A stretch of DNA of 64,000 nucleotides from Eledone cirrhosa (taxonomy: Eukaryota), in NCBI GenBank assembly GCA_964016885.1, contig OZ024741.1, positions 377,022,001 through 377,086,000 on the forward strand, given 5' to 3'. The notes under the pieces are model-generated. The model ran no database searches. It had not been told where the DNA came from and saw nothing but the letters and a program-made list of their open reading frames with translations. Positions 25,780 to 38,857 of the stretch are shown here, in pieces (within the stretch, counting starts at the first letter, position 1; each line of letters opens with the position of its first letter). The position numbers were made by a program, and so were the translations under genes.

Positions 25780-28700
25780 ATGACCTCACTCAGAATAGGC
25801 AGCATAAATGCGCGTGGCTTGGGGTCGTCATGGAAGCAGAGCCACCTGCTCAACGACCTCAGGTCACTAAACATAGACGTAGTGGCCATCAGCGAGACCA
25901 GAATCTCCGAAGCACAGGCTTTCGCACCGATCTTCGGCGGCTACGATGTGTACGCATCTCCCAGCCGTCCGGGATCGGGGAGAGGAGTTGCTGTGCTTTT
26001 TCGGAGAGGTTTGGATCTTGCCATACGGGCCATCTTCCTGGATCCAGAAGGTAAGTTGGTGGTGCTGGACGTGACCAGCGGAGACGGGCAAGCTTTCAGG
26101 TTAGTGGCCGTCTATGCCCCAACAGGAGCAGGGCGGCCTGATTTCTTCCGGCGTCTGGAGACCTTTCTTGGAACGTCCCGCTCTTTAGTGTTAGTGGGCG
26201 ACTGGAAGGGGATCTTAGATGCACGCTGGGATTGTGTGGGATTAGTGGATAGGGAAGGAGGGTGCAAGAGTCTCACCAACCTGCTCAGACGTTTTGAACT
26301 GTCTGACAGGTACCGAATGGATTTCCCGAATGTACCAATGTGGACTTGGACAAATCGCATAGGGTCATCCAGATCATATCTAGATAGAGTATTTTGTAGG
26401 GAAATAGATAGGTCTAGCATAGGCTGTCCACAATTCAAGATAGTCAGCTACACGGACCACAAATTCGTGATCTGTGTGCTTGACTTAGATAGGCTTCATA
26501 GACGAGGACCCGGCTACTGGAAGCTAAACGCGTCTTACCAGCGCGCAAGGCCTACAGCGATCCGATTAGCGAACTAGTTAAGCGGGCGTTGACGGGGGCC
26601 ATCCTCAACAACAAGTTGTGGTTTGCTCTGAAAAGAGCAATTAGAATAGAGTCCATTAGGTTTAGTAAGACTTTAGCAATAGAGAAAATTAGAGCAGAGG
26701 GAGAATTAGTTAGAAAATTAGATGAGGTGCTTAGCAAAGGCATCGCGACCGACGTACTTGCGGCGAAATTGGCCCTTGACCAATTCTTCAATGCAAAGCA
26801 CGAAGGCTGCGTTGTCAAAGCTAGGGTGCGTGCTCTCAGACACGAGGGGACGAAAGCCGTTCAATGGGCACGAGTGGCGGAGGCGCGTCGTGGCAACAAA
26901 GCCACGATCCGGTCTTTGGTGGACCACGACGGGCGCATGCTACTCGAACCCGGGCAACTGTGTGAAGCTTTTCAGCGACACTTCGCTCAACTGTTCGGGG
27001 GCAGTGGCGGGCCGGATCAAGGGATGGACTTTAGTGTCTAGCTCGACGGACTGCCGCGGCCTTCGGCCACTGAGGCGGAGTGTTGCGAAAAGCCGATAAC
27101 AACCGCTGAAGTACGGGATGCAATGACTAGTTGCACAAGGGGTAAATCGCCTGGTTTGGATGGTCTACCCTATCAACTTTACGTACAAATGCCAGACTTG
27201 TTCGGAGGCCTCTTGGCGGACGTCTACTGCAACTGGCAACAGAACGGGAGAATTCCCAGCTCTGTGAGCCGAGGAGCGGTGGCGCTGCTGAGAAAGGATC
27301 CGAACAAGGGGGATAACATAGATAATTTTAGGCCCATAACTCTGCTAATCACAGTGTTCAAGATTTTGGCCAAGGTGCTAGCAAAGAGGTTGGCGCTTGT
27401 CGTTGGTGGTCTGGTGGGAGAGGCACAGACATGCGCCATTCCCGACAGATCCATCCACGACAACCTCCACCTCATGCGATACATCGTAGAGAGGGTAGCT
27501 AGGGAACCTGGCACGGGTGGGTCTTTGATCAATTTAGATCAGTCGAAAGCCTTCGATAGGGTCGACCATCGTTACCTAGCGGCAGTCCTGAGGGCGGCTG
27601 GCTTTGCGCCCGTCTTCAGAGGCTGGATCGCTGCCATGCACAGCGACATCTGCTCTGTAGTGAGAGTGAACGGTCACCTTTCGGAACCGTTCAACATCAT
27701 GCGCTCGGTCCGCCAAGGAAGTCCCATCTCGTCCCTATTGTACGTATTGACTCTCGAGCCATTACTGCACAAACAGGAGACGTTGACGGGGATCCCGCGC
27801 GAACTAGAATCCGGAAGATCCGTGGCAGCATATGCCGACGATGTCACCGTAGTGGTGTCGAACGCCAAACACATCGAGGCGATTGGCACTACACTAAGAG
27901 AATACGAAGCGGTGACAGGATCAATGATCAACCAGGAAAAGTCAGTGGGCCTGCAGCTCGGCACCTGGAGAGGCAGGTCCATGCCGTCCAACAGCGTCGT
28001 CGGGCGCTGGACGGACGGACCGGTTAAATTGCTAGGGGTCTGGTTCGGTCCAGACCTCCAGACGGACAAAAACTGGGACGAGCTGACGAGCAGGGTGGCT
28101 TCTCTCACCCAGAAATGGGCCGAGAGGAAGCTATCCCTGAAAGGTCGAGCGGAGGTGGCTAACGCGTACATCGCGTCCGTCATCTACTACCGCCTGACCG
28201 TCTTACCTTGTCCTAAGCCCCGCCTGATTGCGCTGGAGCGTTTGCTCTTTCGCTTCTTGTGGAAGGGACGCGCTCCGATGGTCAGGCTGTCCATCTGCTG
28301 TCAACACCCGCTACGTGGAGGACTGGGCAAGCCGTGGCTGATAATGCGCAGACACGCGCTCAGGCTACGACATCTCCACCTCTTCCTCGACGGTGATCAG
28401 GTGTGGTCGCCGTTTGCTAGACGCGTTTTTTCCCAGCTCGTCTCCTTGACGGAGCTGCAGTCCTGGGTCAAGCGAAGACCGAGAGGGAGCGCTTGGAGAC
28501 TGGAATGTCTTCAGGCGCTCACAGCCCTCGACCAATCGGGCAATGTGATCGGTGGAAACTCCACCTTGGCGTTCTATAGGGGATTAGTGGAGGGGAAGAG
28601 CGACGACGTACTTGGAGAAACTCTAGGCGTCGACGAAAATCAACTAGCCAATCTCTTCGGAAGGACTTTCGGGCCGGGGCCTATGGACAACTTCCAGAAA

Positions 28701-29179
28701 TCCCTGGCCTGGCAGTGCTACCGGGGTGCTTTGCCAGTTCGGGATAAACTTTACAGGCATGGGGGTGCCATCAGCCGGGCATGTCCGAGAGTCGCACAGG
28801 GCGACGAAACCGCCCTGCACGCACTCGTCCAGTGTCAGAGCATTGCTGACTTGTGGGTTTATGTCGAACACCTGCTGTCACGTGCAGGATCCAGCTATCA
28901 GCTGAGTCCATCGTGAGGATTGCCCCGCCCTCTTCCTTTAGCCGGGAAGGGCAGGCAGTTTTTATCTGTCTGGTGGCCATGGCGAAAGTGATAGTATGGT
29001 GGACACGTTTGAAAGGGCTGAAGACGAGCACTTACCTCTTCGGTGATGCCCTGATTAACTTTTTCAAATTTCATTTGAAAAGGAAAATCAGGGTAGAGAG
29101 GGAAGTGCTCTCTTCCCAGCATTTTGTTGAAAGAGGGGTGAGAGAAGCAAGTATGGCCCGAATGAATGGGCTTCTCTGA
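25780..29179 (+). pseudogene. LINE ORF2: APE endonuclease + RT + C-terminal zinc finger, few disruptions
   Basis: IGSINARGL, AISETR, VYAP, LVGDW, SYLDRVF, TDHK, GPGYWKLN, KSPGLDGLP, NFRPITLL, LDQSKAFDRV, SVRQGSPIS, AYADD, CPRVAQGDETALHALVQC. Confidence 0.93.
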
Positions 29180-31538
29180 GTATGTGTCTGTAAATTAAAG
29201 GTGGAAAACGAGGGCACTTGCCTTGGTGGTCAGGGTCATTGTGGCTTTTTACTGGGCTTTCTCCACAAATGTCCTTCCGAAGTCTCCCCCCTATTGGGGA
29301 ATTTTTCATTGTTATTTTCATTGTTATTTTTGTTACATCCTCTGTTTTTGTTTTTTACACGCAGAAATGCCCATTTGTACCGTCCTGCATTGTCCTGCAC
29401 TGTCCTTAATGTCTACTTTATGTAAACCCTTGTGGTTAATAAAGAAATCATTATTATTATTATTATTATTATTATTGTGCCATCCCTCCTACGAAGGGAA
29501 ATAGTTTAATTTCCTTTTTCTAATGGTTAAAACATATGCGGCTCGCCACACCTGCATAAACCTCTACGCCAACGGTGTTGTACAAGGCATAAGGAACGGC
29601 TGTTACAGCTTACCACCGGTGACGTGGCAACTGATTTCTACAAAATTGTTATCATTTATCACAAAATGATATATAATCAATGTTGTATAATGCATGGTAC
29701 TACACGCAATGTGTTGCTTAGATAAAAACGGTAAATGATGAACGACTAAATCAAACACGAGATATTATGACTTGTAAAAACAAATGTATCTGTCTTTTAC
29801 TATATACCTTTATGTTGTAGAATGTTTTAGAACAATGAAGCATCTTAGTTTTTGTATCATAACATGCACTATTGCCGTCTTCATTATTTATACTTCCTCA
29901 TTCTCGTTTTCTGAATTGATCAAGAAATTTGAATTAAAACAATCAGAGTTTTTTAGAGTTGCAGAAATTAGTTAATCCGAAGCCAGATATATAGAGAAAC
30001 CCAATAGAAAGTATATTATCAATTATCTACGGAATAGAAACATTTTAATGCAAGACATACTTTTCTTAAAATTAACTTTTCTATTTTTTCTTTGCAACAA
30101 TTATTTTATATAATGTTTTAATATAATTATTTAAAGTAATTTTACTGTTGTGAACTTATTGAATATGAGGGTACAATTTTTCTGTCCACTATTCGATTTT
30201 CATATTCTCATTTATTAAAAGATAGTTCGATATCTAGATAATTGATGTAATATTAGAAAAAAAATTAATAATGGGCCTCCTTTAAGTTAAGCTTTTACTT
30301 TATTACTTTGAATTAATTTTCTTCTGAAAAAAAAAGCAAAATAATGTTTCAGGAAAATGATGGTCTATATTCATAATTAATTATATTGTGCTAAGTTCCT
30401 TTGTTTATTTTAATATATTTAGTAGAAACTCTTGTACTAACGGTCCAGTAAGGTAATATATTTAAAAATCATGCAAGCTTTGGTCGGATCTAGTATTAAA
30501 CATTTTTACTGTCTGCAGTAAAGTAGTAACGTTGTTTGTTATTCTTGTTTATCAAAATTTAGAGAATGTAAAGGATGACTAGTCACATCAAATCAAACTA
30601 TATTACCATTTTTATGAATAAATCAAAGGCAAAAACGTAGCATTGTAATACTCAGGTATATTCAATATAACTAACAATAAGAAATTTTATTGAATATGAA
30701 AGCAATAATTATATTAGATTAACACTTTTTAATGTAAGTTTTCAAAGCTAGAAAGTTAATAATTTGATACTTATTGCAAAATCTATGTGCTAATAAAATA
30801 TAAGCATCATATAGATAATGAAATATGTAGACAATTCAAATAGATTGAGTCATAAAACAACAAAGTTCAATTTTTGAACATCAGTAAGCATTATTTATTT
30901 CATTCTATGTCTATATGTATAAATTATATATATATATATATACGTGTGTGTGAGAGTGTATATATGTACATGTATGCGTCTGTGCGAGCGCGCGCGTGTG
31001 TGGTGGAGTAAGTATGGTAGATGTTTGTTTGAATGTATGCACGCATGCGTGTACAAAATTAACATTAAGTAAAGTTCAATGTAAATAATTACTTTCAAAT
31101 TTCATTATATAATACGATAAGTAGATGGATAATCGAGTAAATATATTTATGTATAAAATATGTCAATTTAATTTCTTTAACATGGGGGGTGCTGCTGTAC
31201 TCTTCCTTTTTTCCATCACACAGTGGAATAGCAATATGGAGGAGTCATAGTGCGGCTTAAAATGAATACAAATATGAGCAAGTTTCTCCCATGTAAGCTT
31301 AAATTTAGCTTATTGTAACCTTAGTAAATATCAGGTGATTTTAGCCAAGCTGTCCGATTTTTCATTGTATATTGTGATTGACTTGAACACCCCATATAAA
31401 ATGAAACAGTTAATATTAGCATTGTGTGGTTCTACTAGGTGCAGTTGAGTAGGCAAACAATAGTGAGAGTTTTTCCTGAAAACTACCCCAACAGATGATA
31501 GTTAATACGTCACTCAGTCTTTTATTGTGAGATATTCG

Positions 31539-31616
<78 letters not shown>

Positions 31617-32011
31617 TATATAGATATATATAGATAGATAGATATATATATCCAAAATTAAAATGAAGGGTTGTCATGTCTGAGAGACATGCGCCATATC
31701 CACCGTAGAATAAGCTCAAAGATTAGATCCAAGCATTACATATCAACTAGAAATAGATTGACATATATATATATAAAATAAATACATGAAACAATCACAG
31801 GGAATAATTTGTAAAGAATGTAGGCACACATAACTAGGTAGGTAATTAAAGTTTGACTAGAACTTCAAATAAGATGATTAATGTCAGACCTGTAGAGTGT
31901 TGGCTTGCGCCAGGTTTAAAATGAGCTCTACAGACGTGGTTTGATGGTGCCTCTACGACAATACTAGGAGTTATGGCAAATTTATCATATGTATGTATGT
32001 GTGTGTGTGTG

Positions 32012-32103
<92 letters not shown>

Positions 32104-32109
32104 AACACA

Positions 32110-33626
32110 CACATATAGATTACTCGAACTATTCCCCTATTACAAAACCAACAAAGGCGACGGCCTACTACCAACGTCTTCCAACCAACAACTTCCTGTA
32201 CATAAACATGGAAGAGGTAGGAAGAGTGCACCCGAGCATAAAGTGAAAGGGGCACCGAACGGGCGACTGCGCATTAACACACATAAGAGCGGTCACCTAG
32301 ATGGAACCACCGGTAGCAAAAGTACAAGGACACGTAATCGCCACCGTAACGTCCTATGGTTCCACCCGTCTACTCTCAAAGTGTGGCCTCCAACATACCC
32401 CGGATGTTCTTCGAAGCCTTAGAGAAGAACTTCCCGCCCAACCATAGGTATAGAAAAATTCTTAATAGGAACAATATAAAAATATCCTTCTCTATTACTC
32501 CTAACCTAGCAGACATCATAGGAACAACGAACCACAGTAAGATCACCGAGACACAGCACCTCGACTCAGACGCACCCACACCTGACAATAACTATATCGG
32601 CCTTAACAACTCCCTGGGAGCATCCAATAGTGTTGGCAACGGCATCCGCAGACGCAACCAGCATAACTGCGAAATGCCTGGGGAACATGCAGGACATAAC
32701 GTGCGGATTAAAAATGGCACGACCCCGCGTGCTGTGGGTTGTAATTGTGCTAACGACAGCTGCGGTAGCGTAGGTAGCAACGTAGGCAGCAACAATGATA
32801 GCCTTACCGTGGGAAATAGACGGAACCGCGACAGAAAATGCAACTGCCGCGACAGAGGACGCTGCCCCCTTAGAGGATTCTGCTTGACTGATCCGGTTAT
32901 ATATAGATGCACTATTACTAGCCACAATAGCGTTAAAGATTATATAGGGGCTACCTCCGGCCGGTTCAAAATTAGGTTTCGAACACATCTCCACTCTTTC
33001 ACAAATAGAAAACTAAGGCATTCCACTTCGCTCGCGGACTGCATCACATCACTAAAGGACTTAAACATCAGCTTCTCCACGCACTGGGAGATTGTCGGCA
33101 GGGCTGCACCATACAACTTCAAGAGGAAATGCGATCTTTGCCTCATGGAGCTCTACCACATCATAACTGCATCCACACGAGCTCATCAACAGCAGAGCTG
33201 AAACAGCGATAAGTTGTACACATTGCCTAAAAATATCCTTCTTCAGATGGGTTAAGGATGAGGAGTGAAACCGTACACTGGATCTCCCTGCAACAAGTCT
33301 TAACACCCCGGCGGGCAGGCGCTGCGAAATAACACCCAGGAAACTCAGACAAACAGATGCGGCGAAAAAAAAAAAATTTCCGGGAAAGACTGCCCTAACA
33401 CCGGCCAGAGTTACCTCCCTTGGCCCGCTGCAAAATGAAAACAAGATATTTTTTGCTAGCAATGAACCTTGATGTGGATTTAACCCCCAAAACTCTTTCC
33501 GAGCAATATAAGGAACACTTGTGATTATTTATGCCCTTGAGAAGCCCAACTGGGCGAAACGTACGTAGGTGCTGTTTTAAATAAACATGTTTTAACGGTC
33601 TATTCTCCGATGTTTTACTTTCCCAC

Positions 33627-33627
<1 letters not shown>
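32110..33627 (+). mobile_element. 5'-truncated Naiad-type PLE (linker + GIY-YIG + 3' UTR with HHR) inserted in (TA)n
   Basis: ORF 32356-33201: FPPNHRYRKILNRNNIKISFSITPNL...CNCRDRGRCPLRGFCLTDPVIYRC..DYIGATSGRFKIRFRTH..CDLCLME. TA tracts at 32014-32101 and 33628-33735. Confidence 0.9.
33533..33572 (+). ncRNA. Minimal hammerhead ribozyme with U3-A8 core
   Basis: gccc-TTGAGAA-gccc-aact-gggc-GAAA-cgtacg-TA-ggtgc. Confidence 0.7.
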
Positions 33628-33674
<47 letters not shown>

Positions 33675-33696
33675 GTATATATATATATATATATGT

Positions 33697-33737
<41 letters not shown>

Positions 33738-33889
33738 CACACACACACATACATATGATATATTTCCCATAACTCCTAGTTTTGTCGTAGTGACACCATG
33801 AAACCACGTCTCTAGAGTCATATTAGACCTGGCGCAGGCCAACACTCTTCAGGTCTGAACACAGACGACATTTTTCTATAGAGTACGAC

Positions 33890-34030
33890 GGGTACTTTTT
33901 TTTATCAGCCTCGAAAGGATGAAAGGCAAAGTTGACCTCTGTGGGATTTGAACTCATAGCGCCTAATGAGGTGGGACGAATACCGTAAAGCATTCTATTC
34001 GACGTCTTAACCATTCTGTCAATTCTTCGC
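33890..34030 (-). mobile_element. Diverged SINE family A copy
   Basis: Minus strand reads gagttcaaatcccacagaggtcaactttgcctttcatcctttcgaggctgataaaaaaaagtacc. Confidence 0.8.
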
Positions 34031-34074
34031 CTATCAACCATACACATATACATACATATATACATACATATATC

Positions 34075-35100
34075 AAATCGAAGATATTGAGTGCAACCTT
34101 TCCATCTAGCTTCCTATAACTGATGACAGGTTGCAGAGACTGACACACTATTTCACCAGATATAGCTACTCTTGCATATAAATCATTCTCCCGCATTCGA
34201 TCATTCGTGAAAGTGTCCCGATATACTTGTAATTATCTACCTACTTCAGTGTAACCCAATTTACACACAGGCTGCACTGTCCCATAACCCTGAGAGGCCG
34301 AGTTTCTACGTTTTTGCATCACTGATGTCATAGTTGCCTTGCAGCACTCGACAGTGAAATTATCTAAGGTATGTCGGATATCAGCTTCCGAATAGTTACT
34401 CCTTATATTGACCCCTGTAAATCCCAGTCATTTCATCCTACACCCACCGGTTTTGATACCCCATCCGATTCTCTTGTGTCTTGTGCATATTAACTCTCCT
34501 CCTGAAGATAATGCAGATGATAGTTGACTGTACGAAGCTTTCGTGGATTTCGACACGCATATTGACCGTTATCGACCTAGCACCACATATCCGATCACAA
34601 ATACTAAATATTTCGCATGGCGACTTGATGGCAATAAGATGTCAATAGATCCTACAGTCCTGTAGAGACTTCTAAAGTAGGCCCCACCGAAATCAGTCAT
34701 ATTCACATTCGGGAAAAGCAATAACGAGTCATTATATGGTCTGCTGTTTTACGTCCGAAACGTAAAACTCAGTGTTTGAAATCTACCTTGAGACACTTAG
34801 CATACCTTTCATTAGGAAGTCATTACAAGAAGTTCCCTCTGCAATTAGAGTAATTACACTCGTCTCCCCTTTTGCAAATTGGGATTATCAATAGCGACTG
34901 CCGTTGGTTTGGTGGCTTTCTAGAAATGCAAGGTACCCGACAATCGCGAGTAAGCTAGAGCATCCCTTCTCTATTTAAAGCTTTTGTTAACTGGAGCTGA
35001 ATGTTCATCCATGCGCTTTGGCAGTTTTGAATTCTTTGCTTTGGTGACATCAGCCTCCGATGCACATCATTTTCGTTTATATTGTGCATCTGCACCTAAG
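34075..35100 (-). mobile_element. Highly decayed LINE RT fragment (RTE-like)
   Basis: Minus-strand remnants such as YKYIG and ENDLYARVA...KVALNIF resemble the RT thumb region. Heavily mutated. Confidence 0.4.
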
Positions 35101-35832
35101 ACAGTATATGTCTACAATCTTTCCGCCAGTATTTATTTATCGTAATAATTAACGATTAACTGATTAATTTAATTAGATGATTCTATTGATTGATTAATTG
35201 TTTATGTTTGTTTGATAACTTCTGGTTGAGTGCTTAATTCGGTTTGTCTAAAGGGATTAATTCCTTTATCTCAAATTAGAATTCACCGCCTAATTGGGGG
35301 TTACCTCCCTTGGAGAAAACCACGTGTCTGTGGCGAAATCTAAAGCTACAACATGTCCGCTCAGGCTAAGAACGAAAGACTTGCTGAAGAAGGAAATCCT
35401 ATGTTCTGTCGTCAAAAACCATTATATTGCAGACTACTGCAATTTGTCGATCTTGGATTTGTCGATCTTGGATTTGTCAATCTTGGATTTGCAGAACTTA
35501 GCGCTGATGTTGGGTGCTGTATGTGATGTATATTGTGTGATATACGATGTATATTATATATTTTGCATTCAGCCTCACCACTCCGTCCAGGTCAGTATAA
35601 AATCTTTTCCTGGGTCCTGTATTTTCGTTGCTCTAGTGATGTGGCTGGACTGCCGACCGCGATATCTGATTTGCTAAGCTGTCGGAACGTATTGTTATTA
35701 CTCTGGGGTTCTTTTCCCATCCGAGTGCTAAAGCTACAGACCGATTCTGCATTCGTTAGCTTGGTCGTGTTCTAAAGCTTCATTAATGCTGAACTAAAAT
35801 GTTTATATATATATATATATATATATACATAT

Positions 35833-37870
35833 TACACCACTAGAAATATCAGACTGCCCACTTTCTACCACATCATCAAGAGCCACAATAATAGTACTAA
35901 GACACGCATAAGACCCATCGTCTCTATCATAGAAGAACCCCTATACAAAATTTCCTGGCTGTTCTCCAAGGTCCTCAAGCCTCTACTATCCAGATTTTCC
36001 CGCGCATGTCAGTAGCTCCGACGAGGTCATACGTAGAATACACCAACTCCAGCCAGAACAACTTAAACTCAATAGATACGCCTTTAGCCTCAACATTGTC
36101 TCCCTCTACAGTCCCCGCTCGTCCAGCTGTTGATTTATTGACGGACCGCGTGGTCGTCGAAGACGTCCACTGCTACGGCCTCCATCCGACGGACATACAC
36201 CAGCTTTTGTCCTTCACGGTGGACAACACATACCTCACCTTCCACCACCACACATACAGACAGACGACAGGATTACCTATGGGATCAGACCTATCGGGCC
36301 TGCAGGCCATCACTTATATGAACCAGCTGGAATGCTGAGCCCTGAACACCTGCCATTCCTATACCTTCTTCACTCGATATGTAGATGAGATACTCATCCT
36401 TACATCATCTCGTGAGGAAGCGAATAAAATATACATGACCATCTCCAGCATGGATGCCAATATAAAGTTCAGCATGGAACACCCCCGATGACCGCGGATC
36501 CCTATCCCTATTGGACTTCCAACTCAGGGTAACAGTGGAAGGTGACATCCACACCTGCTTCTATAAAAATGCCGCAAGCAGGGTCCTGTTCGTCCATATC
36601 AGGTCAGCCCTCCCATTCGGCGCTAAGTTCGGATACATAAGGAACGAACTGACACGTATCCGGAACAAATGCACCGACACAAGAGACCGAGACACACACA
36701 CTACACATTTCCTGGAAGTACTTAAACTGAACGGATACCCGACGTCCCACCGCGAACCGGGCCAGAAACAACAGAGTACATCACACCCGAGGCACTAACA
36801 CCTGCTTCCTGAAGCTCCAACACTTCAGTGACGAAACTACAACAGCCATCCGCAAGGTTATCAGACGGGAGGGACTAGATATTCAGCTAGCCCACTCAGG
36901 ACCTTCCCTGCGCGGTCAGCTAACCAAGAGACACTCCACCAGACAAGACAGCCGATGCACGCTGGCCAACTGCCCCATCGACGACACAGACCTATGCCAC
37001 CAGGCATACCTCCTATACAGATTAGAGTGCGACAAATGCAGCAATTTGTACAGAGGTAGCATCAACAGACCACTTCACATTAGAATACATGAACACATCA
37101 ACACTAATTTTTCCTCATTTAAGAAACACCTAGTGAAATGCAAAAACACCGACAAAAACATAATAGTTAGGATAGAAGCTAAGGAAAGAAACCCCGGCAA
37201 TCTTACAGTTAAAGAAGCACTAATTATAGACGAAACGTTTCCAACAATCAATAACAGACTAGAACTGAACACCCAATTTTTAACATGATAGAGTATCTAG
37301 CTCCCACACTTACACCTCCACGTATCCTCTCACACTCACACACCCACACTCACATGCGCACACACACACAAACACACACGCACAATTACACCTTTAATTA
37401 TTCTCGCTCATACACACACACACACACACATATACACACTTAGACCAAGTTTAATATGATAGATCATCTAGCCCCCACATTTACATATAAACATATCCTC
37501 TCACACTCACACACACACTCCCGCACACACACACGCACGCTTACACCTTCACGTATTCTATCACACACACATACACACACTTAGACATATATGTCCAAAC
37601 CATTTTAAAGGGAGACAACTCTTTATCCACCTAACCTTCACTCTTTGACATTAGAAATAGAATGGAATTTCTATACTACTTCCTGTCAGCATGACTTGGC
37701 AAGCTAATTAGAACACTGGATTAACCCCTTTACTTTCCTCAGAAAAAGAGATATTATCTCGAAATATCAGGATATACAAATACATTTAAGGGAAAAGACT
37801 AATTATCAGCGCTATCTTTTGCATTTATATTTATATTCTATATCCATACCTCCATTGTTCTGGCCTTCTA
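35833..37870 (+). mobile_element. 5'-truncated PLE of a second clade (Penelope/Poseidon-like): RT + GIY-YIG + 3' UTR
   Basis: PTFYHIIKSH..IRPIVS, YRQTTGLPMGSDLS, FTRYVDEIL, LLDFQLRV, LKLNGYP, LLYRLECDKC..YRGS..LHIRIHEH..KEALII..PTIN (stop at 37288). ~170-bp tandem repeat at 37280-37590 and a degenerate HHR at 37736-37772. Starts in (TA)n. Confidence 0.85.
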
Positions 37871-38245
37871 ACTTAAAACGTTAATATACAAGTGGAAGTT
37901 TAGTAAAATCGAAGTTTTGGCTGTGGCCAAGCTAACAATATGCAATTAGGAATGTTCAGCAAAGCACTCGATAAAGTTGTAGGCCTCAGAGTAATAACAT
38001 ACGTTTAGACAGCTTGACAAATTGAAAAATTGCGGCAGGTAAGCCTAGAAACATAATACCGAATCAAGATGCGTACGCTCTGACACAACACCATCCCACT
38101 ACCCTAGTACCGAAGAACTACCTCGACCTCGACCTTTGTCTGACCGCACGCGCGACCTACAGAGTAGTTCAGTTTTACACACACGATAGACAACAGAGAC
38201 CACGTGTTGTTGCTCTTCGACTAAAACCTTCACCCCTCAGAAAAC

Positions 38246-38280
38246 CCCCAGCTGATGGATGCGAAATCCGAAATATAGGG
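38246..38280 (+). ncRNA. Degenerate hammerhead-like motif
   Basis: ccc-CAGCTGA-t-ggat-gcgaa-atcc-GAAA-ta-TA-ggg. Stems I and II form, but there are two core mismatches. Confidence 0.35.
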
Positions 38281-38355
38281 ACAATTAAATCTCTTCCAAG
38301 GTAACTCTATTTCGTGTTATTATTTTTACACTAATTCCTATGTTCTTCTACACCC

Positions 38356-38422
<67 letters not shown>

Positions 38423-38737
38423 GGTAAAAAAGGAGAAAAAAAACACAGTAGAAAAAATAAGATTTTCTCAGAATAACAGCAAAACATTTATCTATAAACA
38501 AAGTTATCGTACCAGTTTCAGCCACGTGGGTATCTTAATACTATGCAAGTGTATAATAACATTTATAATGGATTTAAGTTGTATAATATATACAAGAGTC
38601 ACATTTTGGGTGTCGCTTTCTCTCTTTGCTGGTGTTGACTATAATTACAGCAATGGCAGCGTGAGTAGCACAAGCGCTTTTTATGATCTTTGTGTTGAAG
38701 TCGACTCTTATGGTGGGGAGAAGGGGAAGGAGACACA

Positions 38738-38857
38738 GAAGAAGAAGAAGAAGAAGAAGAAGAAGAAGAAGAAGAAGAAGAAGAAGAAGAAGAAGAAGAA
38801 GAAGAAGAAGAAGAAGAAGAAGAAGAAGAAGAAGAAGAAGAAGAAGAAGAAGAAGAA
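38738..38857. repeat. (GAA)n microsatellite (~40 units)
   Basis: Pure GAA run. Confidence 0.97.

Larger units (their letters stand above)
23962..29449 (+). mobile_element. Full-length Tx1/L1-clade LINE flanked by (TTA)n
   Basis: ORF1 + ORF2 organisation, AATAAA at 29438, followed by (TTA)n at 29450-29476. Confidence 0.88.

Noticed and set aside
35441-35492. Three 15-bp direct repeats (ttgtcgatcttggat)
   Set aside because: A head-to-tail minisatellite with no spacers, so not a CRISPR array.
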